Source: an uncultured Chloroflexia bacterium
Lineage (GTDB): Bacteria; Chloroflexota; Chloroflexia; Thermomicrobiales; UBA6265
Reading direction: 5' to 3'
NCBI GenBank assembly: GCA_963724295.1
Contig: CAVRUC010000006.1
Span: 1-64,000 of the forward strand
DNA: 64,000 bases
Shown piece after piece: positions 51,929 through 61,963 of the stretch. Within the stretch, counting starts at the first letter, position 1. Each line of letters begins with the position of its first letter. Position numbers and translations under genes: made by a program. The notes under the pieces were generated by a model. That model saw only the letters and a list, made by a program, of their open reading frames with translations. It did no database searches and was not told the origin of the DNA.

Positions 51929-52360
51929 CTAGGCGTTACCGGGTCGGTACGTGCCGAAGCTCCAGAGGTTTCCTTCGAGGTCACGAGCGGTGTACTCGCG
52001 GGAGCCGTATTCGGTGTCGGCCAGCGGGCGCACGATCTCCGCGCCCGCGGCGACGGCCTGGGTGTAGTGCGCGTCCACCCCGTCGAGCGCCACGTAGAGC
52101 CCCTGAGTGGTCAGGGGTTGGTTCCAGGGATTGTCCGTGTCCGAGGCCTTGCTCTGCATTGTGGGCATGATCACGCCGTCGCCAAGTCGCAGCTCGACAT
52201 GGACGTATGCGCCATCCTCGTCCCGCATGATCTCCAACGGCTCGAAGCCGAAGACCCGGCACAACCAGTCGATAGCGGCCGCCAGATCCCGATAGCCCAG
52301 GATCGGGTACATGGTGACCTGCCCCACTGCAACTTTTGCTGCCGCTGCCTGCACGCTCAT
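51929..52360 (-). CDS. VOC/glyoxalase (bleomycin-resistance-like) protein
   Basis: AAAIDWLCRVFGF, HVELRLGDG, DTEYGSREYTARDLEGNLWSFGTY; AGGAGG RBS. Confidence 0.9.
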   Translation of the reverse strand: MSVQAAAAKVAVGQVTMYPILGYRDLAAAIDWLCRVFGFEPLEIMRDEDGAYVHVELRLGDGVIMPTMQSKASDTDNPWNQPLTTQGLYVALDGVDAHYTQAVAAGAEIVRPLADTEYGSREYTARDLEGNLWSFGTYRPGNA

Positions 52361-52458
52361 GGAAAGCCTCCTTTTGACCGTACCTTCTCGCGTCGAGGCG
52401 ACTGGCAACAGGTTAGCCATCCGCACAGGTGTTCGTATTGGAGTTTTTTGACCCGCGC

Positions 52459-53274
52459 TCAGGAACCAATCCAGTCCAGGTAGCGGGCGGCGGAGCGACG
52501 CACTGCCTCCCTGGCGTCGGAGGCGACGATGCTCCCGGACCACCCGCCGTAGAGGCGATCGAACGCGTAGGGCTCGACCGCGGCGACAATGCGGCGAATG
52601 GCATTTGCACCGAGCGGGATGAGATTTGGATAGCTCTCCATGAAGCTCACCCAGCGCCGGTCGGCCACGACCTGGATCGTATCGCCGGTGAGCAGCGCGC
52701 CCGCACCGCCGGCGCCGTCTGGCCAGTGCAGAACGCAGCTGCCGGGGAAATGCCCGCCGCAGCGGATGAGCGTCAGACCTCTGCCCGGCAGGGGTTCCGC
52801 GGTATCTCCCTGCCAGAAGGTGATCGCCTCGTCGGGGCGGGTAACCCAGGCGCGGTCGTCGGCGTGGAGGAACACCGGCACGCCACCGAAGGCGCGGCTC
52901 CACTCCGCCACCCCGGTGAAGAAGTGCGGGTGCGAGACGGCAATCGCGGCCAGACTACCGCGACTTTCGACGGCGTCAACCGTGTCCTCGTCGATGAAAC
53001 TGATGCAGTTCCACAGCAGGTTTCCGGCCGGGGTCTCGATGAGGTGGGCCTGCTGACCGATGGCAAAGCGCGGCTCCGTGGCAAATCCGGTCAGACCGGG
53101 TTCGATGGACTCGACGGTGTTTCGGTGCTCGCGGCGGAGCTCGGCGAGGGTGGTCCAGCGCTGGCCCTGATGCCCGACGTACTGGCGCTCGTCCTCGCAG
53201 ATGAGGCAGCGCGCCGGCGGCTCGGCCGTCACCGCGTATTGGGCGCCGCAGGTGACGCAGATGTGATGATCCAT
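52459..53274 (-). CDS. MBL-fold metallo-hydrolase with N-terminal CxxC...CxxC
   Basis: ICVTCG, CLICEDERQY, AVSHPHF, GGHFPG, LTGDT, SYPNLIPL. Confidence 0.88.
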   Translation of the reverse strand: MDHHICVTCGAQYAVTAEPPARCLICEDERQYVGHQGQRWTTLAELRREHRNTVESIEPGLTGFATEPRFAIGQQAHLIETPAGNLLWNCISFIDEDTVDAVESRGSLAAIAVSHPHFFTGVAEWSRAFGGVPVFLHADDRAWVTRPDEAITFWQGDTAEPLPGRGLTLIRCGGHFPGSCVLHWPDGAGGAGALLTGDTIQVVADRRWVSFMESYPNLIPLGANAIRRIVAAVEPYAFDRLYGGWSGSIVASDAREAVRRSAARYLDWIGS

Positions 53275-53293
53275 CGCTCTCCCCGGCGAACGC

Positions 53294-54169
53294 TCAGTCG
53301 GCGAATCCCCCGCCCGTCGCCAGCCTACGCCGCGCCAGTCCTTGCGGGGTATCGCCGGCAAGGCGCTGGAACTCATGGATTAGGTGAGACTGGTCGTAGT
53401 AGCCACACTGGCGTGCCAGCAGGCTCCAGTCCGGCGTCTCCGTGCTGAGGACGAGGCTTGTCACGCGTTGAAAGCGCAAGAGCCGGGCAACCTGCTTCGG
53501 CGGGAGACCGACCTGCTCCCGAAACCGGGCGATGAGCCGCTTTGGACTCCAACCAAGCTCCTCGGCAAGCGTCGCGATCGGAACGCGACCGCCGGAAATG
53601 GCCAGTTGCCGCCAGACCCAGGCAACTTCCGGCGATGGGCCGCGGGTATGCGTCAACTGAGCGGCGAGCGCGGCATCCAGTACAGCGAACCTGTCGTCCC
53701 ACGTGGGAGCTGCTTGCATCCGCTCCGCCAATTCGACCGCCCATGCTCCGCAGATTTGATCGAGCGGGACGGAGCGATTTGCCAGTGCATCCATCGGCTG
53801 GCCCAGGAGCCGGTATGCCCCAAGCGGGGAGAGGCGCAGCTCTACGCCGCTCTGGCTGCCGGCGGTCTCGGTCAGCGTGTAGGTTTCGTGCAGCCCGGCG
53901 ACGAAGCCGCCGCCGGAGGGGATGACGCTGGGCGCCGACGACGGTTGAGCGACCTGCAGCGGTGCGCCGAGGTTGACGATGACGATGATGTCTGCCGACG
54001 GTAGCTCTCGCCGCCGTAGCGGACCCGCGGTCTGCTCGGCGTATCCCCAGTAGTCCCGGGCCACGCCGCGTAGCCGGGGGCTGGCCGCATACCGTACCAA
54101 TGCCAGTCCGCCGTCGGACGCGCGGGCAGCCATCGATTCGTCGTTGATACGTGTCGCGGTCTCTGTCAT
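53294..54169 (-). CDS. AraC family transcriptional regulator
   Basis: C-terminal HTH: LGWSPKRL..RFREQVGLPPK...GYYDQSHLIHEF. Confidence 0.92.
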   Translation of the reverse strand: MTETATRINDESMAARASDGGLALVRYAASPRLRGVARDYWGYAEQTAGPLRRRELPSADIIVIVNLGAPLQVAQPSSAPSVIPSGGGFVAGLHETYTLTETAGSQSGVELRLSPLGAYRLLGQPMDALANRSVPLDQICGAWAVELAERMQAAPTWDDRFAVLDAALAAQLTHTRGPSPEVAWVWRQLAISGGRVPIATLAEELGWSPKRLIARFREQVGLPPKQVARLLRFQRVTSLVLSTETPDWSLLARQCGYYDQSHLIHEFQRLAGDTPQGLARRRLATGGGFAD

Positions 54170-54369
54170 TGGCTTCCCCTCAGTGGGTCAGCATAGTGCG
54201 CTGGTTGCCGGGTAACCAGCAGCCGGCATGCGTCCGATGAGCCCCGCTCGAGCGGGCGATTCCCTCTCATGCGCTCGCGGCCGAGGGCTTCATCTCGACT
54301 TCATTCGACCCGCCGAGTATGGGTAGGATTCGGGAGACGCGACAGAGGATGGGTAAGGAGCGCACCGGC

Positions 54370-55044
54370 GTGCGAATCCTGGTTGTCGAGGACGAGCCGC
54401 GACTGGCGTCGCTGCTGCGACGAGGATTGACGGAGGAGGGCCACGCCGTCGATCTCGCCGCGGACGGCGAGGAGGCGCTCGCCTGGGTCGACGTCGGCGA
54501 CTATGACGCGATCGTGCTCGACATCATGCTGCCCGGCATCGACGGGCTGGAGGTCTGTCGCCAGCTCCGACGACGGCGCCAGCGGATGCCGCTGCTGCTC
54601 CTGACGGCGCGGGATAGCGTGGCCGATCGCGTGGCGGGACTTGACGCCGGCGCCGACGATTACCTGGTGAAGCCCTTCGCCTTCGCGGAACTGGCCGCGA
54701 GGCTGCGTGCGTTGGCCCGGCGCCCCTCCGAGACCCACGATCCGGTGCTCTCGGCTGGAATGGTCCGACTCGACCCGGCGTCACGCCGGGTCTGGTGGGG
54801 CGATGACGAGGTCACGCTGCCGAACAAGGAGTTTCGCATCCTCGAATACCTGATGCGTCATCCGAACCAGGTGCTCACGCGGTCGATGATCGCCGAGCAC
54901 GTCTGGGACTACGATTTTCCGAATGTCACCAACGTCATCGACGTCCATATCCGGCAGCTTCGCCGCCGGCTCTACGATCCCTACCCCGGTGGATTGATCG
55001 AGACGGTACGCGGCGCCGGGTACCGGCTTTGCGCTCGCTCGTGA
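54370..55044 (+). CDS. OmpR family response regulator
   Basis: ILVVEDE, LDIMLPG, LTARD, GADDYLVKPF, IETVRGAGY. Confidence 0.95.
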   Translation: MRILVVEDEPRLASLLRRGLTEEGHAVDLAADGEEALAWVDVGDYDAIVLDIMLPGIDGLEVCRQLRRRRQRMPLLLLTARDSVADRVAGLDAGADDYLVKPFAFAELAARLRALARRPSETHDPVLSAGMVRLDPASRRVWWGDDEVTLPNKEFRILEYLMRHPNQVLTRSMIAEHVWDYDFPNVTNVIDVHIRQLRRRLYDPYPGGLIETVRGAGYRLCARS

Positions 55045-56447
55045 CCGCTCGCCGGCTACCGGTCCGCTGGCGCCTCACGCTCTGGTTCGCCGCCCTGCTG
55101 GCGCTGGTGATGGCACTCTTCGCAGGCGCCGTTTATGTCGTCTTGCGTCAGCAGCTGTACGACAGCTTCGACGAGCAGTTGCTCAACCAGACGGCGCTGA
55201 CGCTCGCCGCCGTGAGCGTCGAGGACGGCGCTCCTACCCTGGAGCCGGCGGTGGCCAACGTCGCGGACGGCGAGTTTTTCCTGCGCTTGCTGGATGCGGC
55301 TGGGGAGACGGTGTTCGAGACCGGCGGCAATGCGGCCGGGGTACCACTGGATCCGACCGTCATCGCCGCTGCGCTCGCCGGCCGGACCGAGTACAGCGCG
55401 GCTCGGGATGAAGACGACGAGACGCTCCGACTTGTCTCCGTTCCCGTGCGCCCTGACGAGGCGGAAGGTCACATCTCCGGTGTGTTGCAGGTCGGCCTCG
55501 ACCGAAATGAGATCGACGAGCCGATGGCCGGCCTGCTCTCCACGCTAATCCTGGCCGGTCCGGTGGTGCTGCTGGTCGCGGCCGCCGGTGGCTACCTGCT
55601 GGCGGGACGTGCCCTGCGTCCAGTCGCCACCATCACCGATCTCGCCGCGCGTATCGGCGCCGGTGACCTGGGCTCGCGGCTGAACCTCGATCTGCCCGAT
55701 GATGAGCTCGGCCGGCTGGCGCGCACCTTCGACGCGATGCTGGCGCGCATCGACGACGCCTTCGAGCGACAGCGCCGCTTCACTGATGACGCCGCCCATG
55801 AATTGCGTACACCGCTCAGCTTGATGCGTAGTCAGGTCGACCTGACGCTGGCTCGCCCCCGCTCGACCGAGGCGTACCGGGAAGCACTGCAGGCTGTCGA
55901 TGGAGACATCTCGCGCATGACCACTCTCGTCGGCACCCTGCTGACCCTGGCCCGGTCGGATGCGGGACAGCTCGCCACGGAACGCGCGCCATTTGACCTG
56001 GCCGATACCGTGCGCCTCGTTCTCGAGCAGTACGCTCCGGTGGCGGAGCAGGCGGGGGTCGTACTGCGCAATGAGAGCTCGCCCACTCTACTCGTCGCCG
56101 ACGAAGATTTGCTCATGCAACTGCTGATCAATCTGGTCGACAACGCGCTGACCCATACCCCACCCGGGGGAACGGTGGTTGCCGGCTGCCGGCCAAATGC
56201 TGGCTGGATTCATCTCTGGGTCGGCGACAGTGGTGAGGGGATTGCCGCCGAACACCAGGACCGGGTTTTCGACCGCTTCTACCGGATCGACGCCAGCCGC
56301 AGCCGCGACCGAGGAGGGACAGGGTTGGGGTTGACGATCTGTCGAGCGATCGCCGAGGCGCACGGGGGAATGATCGACTTGACCAGCCGATTGGGGAGCG
56401 GCACCCGGGTCGAGCTCGTGCTGCCGGATGGGCAGCCCCACGCTTGA
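55041..56447 (+). CDS. HAMP-domain sensor histidine kinase
   Basis: Two TM segments, HAMP, AAHELRTPL, NLVDNAL, FDRFYR, GTGLGL; GTGA overlap with the regulator. Confidence 0.95.
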   Translation: MTARRLPVRWRLTLWFAALLALVMALFAGAVYVVLRQQLYDSFDEQLLNQTALTLAAVSVEDGAPTLEPAVANVADGEFFLRLLDAAGETVFETGGNAAGVPLDPTVIAAALAGRTEYSAARDEDDETLRLVSVPVRPDEAEGHISGVLQVGLDRNEIDEPMAGLLSTLILAGPVVLLVAAAGGYLLAGRALRPVATITDLAARIGAGDLGSRLNLDLPDDELGRLARTFDAMLARIDDAFERQRRFTDDAAHELRTPLSLMRSQVDLTLARPRSTEAYREALQAVDGDISRMTTLVGTLLTLARSDAGQLATERAPFDLADTVRLVLEQYAPVAEQAGVVLRNESSPTLLVADEDLLMQLLINLVDNALTHTPPGGTVVAGCRPNAGWIHLWVGDSGEGIAAEHQDRVFDRFYRIDASRSRDRGGTGLGLTICRAIAEAHGGMIDLTSRLGSGTRVELVLPDGQPHA

Positions 56448-56600
56448 AGAGCACTGAGATCTAGAGCGCATCGCCAAACGTGTGTGATTCCGAGGCGAAG
56501 CGATCCGCACCACCTCATCCCAGCTTCATCCCGTCCTTCTAACGTCATTCCTGTTGGCGGCGGTCGCGCCGCCGGTGAGGACGCAACGTAGGAGGGCGAC

Positions 56601-57305
56601 ATGGATTACAGAATGGTCGGGCTCATTGGGTCGCTGGCTCTGATCGTGAGCCTGTTCGGAAGCGTGGCCGCACAGGAAGAAAATGCCGTTCCGGACGACC
56701 TCTCAGCGACGGTCGACAACCCGTACTTCCCGCTGGAGCCGGGGACGTCGCGGCGCTACGAAGGTCAGGAACTGAACCCGGACACCGGGGAAACGGTTGA
56801 GCTCCGCGTACGGGAGCATGTCTCCCCGGTGCCTGATGAAATCGCCGGTGCGCCAGTCACCACGTTGGCCGTCCAGGAGTACGAGGACGGCCAGCTCACC
56901 GAATCTACGAGCGACTACCACGCCCAGGGCGCCGACGGCACCGTCTACTACCTGGGTGAAGACGTGAATATGTACGAGGGTGGACAGCTCGTCAGCCACG
57001 AGGGAACCTGGATCGCCGGCGAAGGCGCCAATCAGGCGGGAGAGTTCATGCCGGCGGAGCCACGCGTCGGGGATCGCTTCGCGCAAGAGCAGGCGCCCGG
57101 TGTGGCTGAGGACATCTCGACCGTGATCGCCATCGATCTGACGTTGGAGACACCGGTGGGGACGTTCAGCGGCTGCATCAAGACTCAGGACCTCAACCCG
57201 CTCGATCAGGCCATCGAGCACAAGTATTACTGTCCCGGGGTGGGTCTGGTCCGCGAGGAGAATGCGAACGGCTCCCTTGATCTCGTCTCGGTGACGGGTG
57301 GGTGA
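56601..57305 (+). CDS. secreted hypothetical protein
   Basis: AGGAGG RBS, signal peptide, VDNPYFPLEPG, GTVYYLGE, KYYCPGVGLV. Confidence 0.8.
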   Translation: MDYRMVGLIGSLALIVSLFGSVAAQEENAVPDDLSATVDNPYFPLEPGTSRRYEGQELNPDTGETVELRVREHVSPVPDEIAGAPVTTLAVQEYEDGQLTESTSDYHAQGADGTVYYLGEDVNMYEGGQLVSHEGTWIAGEGANQAGEFMPAEPRVGDRFAQEQAPGVAEDISTVIAIDLTLETPVGTFSGCIKTQDLNPLDQAIEHKYYCPGVGLVREENANGSLDLVSVTGG

Positions 57306-57484
57306 CCGTGGGTTATGGGTGATAGGTGATTGGTGATGGGAACGGAAGGGACCGGCGCCCACTCCGTCCCCATCAGGGGCCACGACCTTCCTGTACCATG
57401 AGGCGCGGGGTGGCCTACCGAGTGGGTGGACGACCGGCGGAGCATTGCGGCGGGTCCTGACAGGGTGCGAGGGACATGTAGGGG

Positions 57485-58885
57485 ATGTGGCCCGACGAAC
57501 CGCATGCGACCGCCGGTCTCCTCGTCGATCTCTACCATCTGGATGCCGCGTACGTCAGCTGGCGGACGGGTGAGAACGCGCCGGCGACGTTCGACCTCTA
57601 CACCCGTTCGACGCCGTTCGGGGGATCGTATCTCCTGACCGCGGGGCTCGAGCCGGCGCTGGCCTTCGTCCGCGATTTCCACTACACGGATGAGGATCTC
57701 GCCTACCTGTCCCGGACCAGATCCTATGACCCGGGATTCCTCGACGAACTGCGTCGCTTCCGGTTCACGGGTGAGATCCTGGCCATGGCCGAGGGGACCG
57801 TCGCCTTCGCCGACGAGCCGCTGCTGCGCGTGACGGCGCCTTTCCGCGAGGCGCTGCTTCTGGAATCGGGACTGTTGCGGGCCATCGGAGTGTCAACGTT
57901 GATCGCGACGAAAGCGGCGCGTCTGGTCGATGCGGCGGCCGGCCGGCAGGTCGCGGACTTCGGGTTTCGCCGGGCCCACGATCCCTACATCGCGGCGCGG
58001 GCGGCTCTCATCGGCGGCTGCGCCAGCACCTCCTTCGTGGCGGGGGCCAAACTCTTCGCCCTACCCGCCGGCGGCACGATCCCCCACGCTCTGGTGCAGC
58101 TCTTCGCGACCGAGGAGGAGGCCTTCCGCGCGGTGGCCGAGACCCTGGATCGCTATTCCGTTCTGCTCGACACCTATGACGTCCTCGCAGCGATCGAGAC
58201 CGCCGTCACGGTGGCCCTCGATGCCAGGTCGCGTCTGGGTCATGAAATGGTCGCGGTCCGCCTCGACAGCGGCGACCTCCTCGCCGACAGCAAGCACGTG
58301 CGGCGAGTTCTGGACGAGGCCGGTCTCCTCGAGACCGAGGTGCTCGTCAGCGGTGACATCGACGAGGTCCGCATCGCCGATCTGCTTCAAGCCGGCGCAC
58401 CGATCGCCGGCTTCGGCGTCGGCGGCAATCTCGCCGTCGGACTCGGCACGGTCGCCAGCGGGACGGTCGGGGGCGTGCTGGGCGCGGTCTACAAGCTGGT
58501 CTGGTACGAGGGCGTCGGCGATCCGGCGCGGATCAAACTTGCCGGGGAGAAGAGCACCTGGCCCGGCCGCAAGCTGGTCTACCGCATCGGTGCGTATGAG
58601 GAGGACGTCATCCAGCTCGACGATGAGCCGGTGCCGCTTAACGGCACACCCTTGCTGCAGCCCGCGATCCATGATGGTGCGATCGTCGCGGACCTTCCTT
58701 CGGTCCAGGATATCCAGATCCGTGCTCTGGCCAATGTGCGGGATCTGCCCGAGCGGTACAGGACGCTCCATGACCCTGCTCGCTATCCGGTACGGCGCAG
58801 CGCGGGCGTCCTCGAACTGCGCGCGCGCGCCAGCCAGATGCGGCAGGGCGTCGGCCTCCGCGATATTCGTTCACGCACGCGGTGA
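57485..58885 (+). CDS. pncB: nicotinate phosphoribosyltransferase
   Basis: LLVDLY, IATKAAR, DFGFRRAH, GTIPH, LLDTYD, VRLDSGD, VYKLV. Confidence 0.92.
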   Translation: MWPDEPHATAGLLVDLYHLDAAYVSWRTGENAPATFDLYTRSTPFGGSYLLTAGLEPALAFVRDFHYTDEDLAYLSRTRSYDPGFLDELRRFRFTGEILAMAEGTVAFADEPLLRVTAPFREALLLESGLLRAIGVSTLIATKAARLVDAAAGRQVADFGFRRAHDPYIAARAALIGGCASTSFVAGAKLFALPAGGTIPHALVQLFATEEEAFRAVAETLDRYSVLLDTYDVLAAIETAVTVALDARSRLGHEMVAVRLDSGDLLADSKHVRRVLDEAGLLETEVLVSGDIDEVRIADLLQAGAPIAGFGVGGNLAVGLGTVASGTVGGVLGAVYKLVWYEGVGDPARIKLAGEKSTWPGRKLVYRIGAYEEDVIQLDDEPVPLNGTPLLQPAIHDGAIVADLPSVQDIQIRALANVRDLPERYRTLHDPARYPVRRSAGVLELRARASQMRQGVGLRDIRSRTR

Positions 58886-58893
58886 GGTGAGTC

Positions 58894-59787
58894 ATGGCTG
58901 AGCCAGAGATACGACGGCCCGTCCTCCTCGATACCGACATCGGCACCGACGTCGATGATCTCCTGGCCCTCGCGCTGCTCGTCGGGTCGCCAGAGGTAGA
59001 CCTCATCGGGGTGACCACGGTCTACGGCGATACCGTGCTGCGGGCCCGGATGACCCGCCTGGTTCTCGACCAGATGGAGCATAGCGGCGTCCCGATCGGG
59101 ATCGGGGCCCGAGAGACACTGACCGGCAGGCCGGTCTGGTGGGCGGGGCACGAGGGTCAGGGCATTCCCGGGCTCGAACAGCTGCAGGTCGATGAGAGCA
59201 TCATCGCTGCGGACCTGCTCCACCGGGCCGCGACCGAGCATCGAGGACGCCTGGAGCTGTTCGCCATTGGACCGTTGACGAACGTGGCCGAGGCCATCTC
59301 GGCGAATGATTCCTTCGCGACGTCCCTGCATCACCTCTACATCATGGGTGGGGCTTTCTGGATGGAGCAAGCCGAGCACAATATCAAGAGCGATCCTGAG
59401 GCCGCCGACATCGTCTTTCGCTCCAGCATCCCCATGACGATCTGCGGCCTGGACGTCACCCAACGGGTGCGGCTGCGGGAGGCCGACATGTCGCTGATCC
59501 GCGAGGCGGCCGGTGGCATCGGCTCGGTGCTGGAGGATCAGGTGCGGCGCTGGTGGGCGTTTACGGGAGCGACCGAGAATCACCTGCATGATCCGGTGGC
59601 GATCCTGCCGGCACTTCGTCCGGAACTGTTCCGTTTCGAACAGTGCGATGTGCACGTCGAGGTGGAGAGAGCAAATCCTGGTCGAACCCGAGTCGACGGC
59701 TGCGGCACCGGCGCCGCGCGCATTGCCGCGGATGTCGACGTCACGGCCGCGGAACAGGAAATCGTTCGACGTCTCGTGGGACGGTGA
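58894..59787 (+). CDS. nucleoside hydrolase (IU-NH family)
   Basis: DTDIGTDVDD, IGPLTNVA, IMGG, EHNI..DPEAA, LHDP. Confidence 0.92.
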   Translation: MAEPEIRRPVLLDTDIGTDVDDLLALALLVGSPEVDLIGVTTVYGDTVLRARMTRLVLDQMEHSGVPIGIGARETLTGRPVWWAGHEGQGIPGLEQLQVDESIIAADLLHRAATEHRGRLELFAIGPLTNVAEAISANDSFATSLHHLYIMGGAFWMEQAEHNIKSDPEAADIVFRSSIPMTICGLDVTQRVRLREADMSLIREAAGGIGSVLEDQVRRWWAFTGATENHLHDPVAILPALRPELFRFEQCDVHVEVERANPGRTRVDGCGTGAARIAADVDVTAAEQEIVRRLVGR

Positions 59788-59964
59788 GGGGGGCGCTCCG
59801 CTGAGGGGGGCGGCCGCAAGCGGCCTAAGGGGGGCGAAGGGGGATAGGAGGACGACGAGACGACTCCTCGACCTTCGTCGGTCTCCTCATCCCCCTCGAG
59901 CGAAGCGACCCCCCTTCTCCCCCTGAGCCGAAGGCGACTCCCCCTCAAGCGCAGCGCCCCCCTC
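59788..59964. repeat. REP-like cruciform inverted-repeat element, copy B
   Basis: GGGGG/CCCCC arms with GCGAAGC, GCGCAGC and GCCGAAGGC mini-hairpins; 29-mer identical to 9114-9142. Confidence 0.8.
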
Positions 59965-59969
59965 ATTTA

Positions 59970-60152
59970 TGGTATACTTCGTCAACGATAGGGAGCGCGG
60001 GATCGCCCGCGCGACAGTACGCCTTCTTCCCCTCTTATCGCGACGCCGGGGAACGCCGAGCCGTACTGACCGGCTCGAGCCGTTTCCCTCCGGGGCGGAA
60101 TGTTCCGCCTCGATCGCATGCTGGCGTCGCGCGAGAGGGATTTCTTTTTTTC
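59970..60152 (+). promoter_or_regulatory. extended -10 promoter (TGGTATACT) and ~170-nt structured leader of the DEAD-box helicase
   Basis: TATACT at 59973-59978; multiple hairpins and a long-range stem covering the GAGAGGGA SD, followed by a U-tract. Confidence 0.6.
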
Positions 60153-61811
60153 ATGTCTGATCCGTACACGAATGGCGCCGGCGAAGCTCCGCTTTCGTTC
60201 GGCGATTACCGGCTGAGCGATGCGTCACTGACGGTGCTCGCCGATATGGGGATCTCCGATCCCACCCCAATCCAGGCCGCGGTGCTGCCGCTCCTGCTCG
60301 ATGGCCGCGACGTCATCGGCCAGGCGCGTACCGGCTCCGGCAAGACCCTGGCCTTCGCCCTGCCGTTGATCGAGGTCGTCGATCCCCGCCTGCGCGCCGT
60401 GCAGGCGCTGGTGCTGACTCCGACGCGCGAGCTGGCTGTCCAGGTGGCCGGCGTTATCGAAGAGCTGGGCACTCCGCGCGGTCTGCAGACGTTGATGATC
60501 TCCGGCGGCCGTGCTTTCGGTCCGCAGCGCGACCAGCTGCGGCGCGGCGTGCACGTGGTGGTCGGCACTCCCGGCCGCGTGCTCGACCTGTTGAACCAGG
60601 GCGCCATCTGGCTGGACCGCGTCCGCTTCCTCGTGCTCGACGAAGCAGACGAGATGCTCGACCGCGGTTTCGCGCCTGACGTCGAGAAGATCATCGCCCG
60701 CACCACCCCTGACCGGCAGACGGCGCTCTTTTCGGCGACGGTGCCTTCCTGGGTGAAGCAGACGGCGAGCAAGCACCTGCACGATCCGGAGACGGTGACC
60801 ATCGTTCCCGAACCGGGTGAGGTGACGCAGATCGAGCATCTTGCCTTCGAGATCGGCAACAGCGACAAGATGCAGGTCCTGCAAGACCTGCTCGACCATC
60901 GCGGCGATGGCTCGGTGATCGTCTTCGGGCGCACCAAGCACGGTGTGAACAAGCTTGCCCGCCGCTTGCAGGCGGATGGCTACCCGGTAGCGGCTCTGCA
61001 GGGGAACCTGTCGCAGAACGCGCGCGACCGGGTGATGGACGACTTCCGCAACGGGCAAGTGCCGGTCCTGGTGGCGACGAATGTCGCCGCGCGTGGGTTG
61101 GACGTCAGCCACGTGGCGCAGGTGATCAACATCGAGCTGCCGGAATCGCCGGAGCTACTCACCCACCGTATCGGCCGCACCGGCCGCATGGGGCGGCAAG
61201 GGCAGGCGATCACCCTTCTCGGCCCCGAGGATCTCACCAAGTGGCGGCGTCTGGAGCGCGGGTTCACCCGCCCCATCAGACGAACCCCGTGGCGAGGCGC
61301 GAAGGCCTTGCTGGCGAATGGCCATGGCAACGGTCATGCGGAGATGGCGCCGGAGGTCACAAGCCCGGTGGCAACCCCTGCCGCGGCCCAGGTTCGCGAA
61401 GGGGTACGTCCTGCCGCACGACGGCCGGCGGCCCCGCGCCGGGAAGCGGCTCCACGGCGTGAGTCGGCTCCTCACCGTGCGCGAGCCACTGGCCGGCCAG
61501 CGGGAGGTACTGTCGATGCGGCGCCCGAGCTGGAGGGTCGCCAGCTGCTGCGCCGCTATGGCCGCGATCCGCGCCGCCCGGAGTGGGTTGACGCCGAGCG
61601 TGGCGCGGCATCCGCCACCGGATCACGGGACTCGAGCGGACAGGCGCCCGAGCGGCGGTCACGGCGACGCCACCAGTCGGTCTGCGCCACCTGTGGCCAG
61701 ACCGCGGAGACGACCTTTCGTCCCGATCCGGCGCGGCCGGTCTACTGTGACGGCTGCTATCACGACGTGCGTGAGACCCGCCGCGCGGCGGTGGCCTCAC
61801 CGGCGGTTTAG
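60153..61811 (+). CDS. DEAD-box RNA helicase with C-terminal CxxC-x17-CxxC domain
   Basis: PTPIQ, ARTGSGKT, PTRELA, TPGR, DEAD, SAT, ARGLD, HRIGRTGR; C-terminal CATC-x17-CDGC. Confidence 0.95.
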   Translation: MSDPYTNGAGEAPLSFGDYRLSDASLTVLADMGISDPTPIQAAVLPLLLDGRDVIGQARTGSGKTLAFALPLIEVVDPRLRAVQALVLTPTRELAVQVAGVIEELGTPRGLQTLMISGGRAFGPQRDQLRRGVHVVVGTPGRVLDLLNQGAIWLDRVRFLVLDEADEMLDRGFAPDVEKIIARTTPDRQTALFSATVPSWVKQTASKHLHDPETVTIVPEPGEVTQIEHLAFEIGNSDKMQVLQDLLDHRGDGSVIVFGRTKHGVNKLARRLQADGYPVAALQGNLSQNARDRVMDDFRNGQVPVLVATNVAARGLDVSHVAQVINIELPESPELLTHRIGRTGRMGRQGQAITLLGPEDLTKWRRLERGFTRPIRRTPWRGAKALLANGHGNGHAEMAPEVTSPVATPAAAQVREGVRPAARRPAAPRREAAPRRESAPHRARATGRPAGGTVDAAPELEGRQLLRRYGRDPRRPEWVDAERGAASATGSRDSSGQAPERRSRRRHQSVCATCGQTAETTFRPDPARPVYCDGCYHDVRETRRAAVASPAV

Positions 61812-61963
61812 TTGACATTTACGGTGTCGCGCAGAAAATTGCGTCGCTCGTTATGATTAGCGAAGCAAGTGACAAGACGGTGCGGCGGTATCCTGGGATT
61901 GCCGGGCCTCCGCACCACCGGATGAAGACCTGAACGTAACTCGTCTAACTGAGGAGGAACGAT

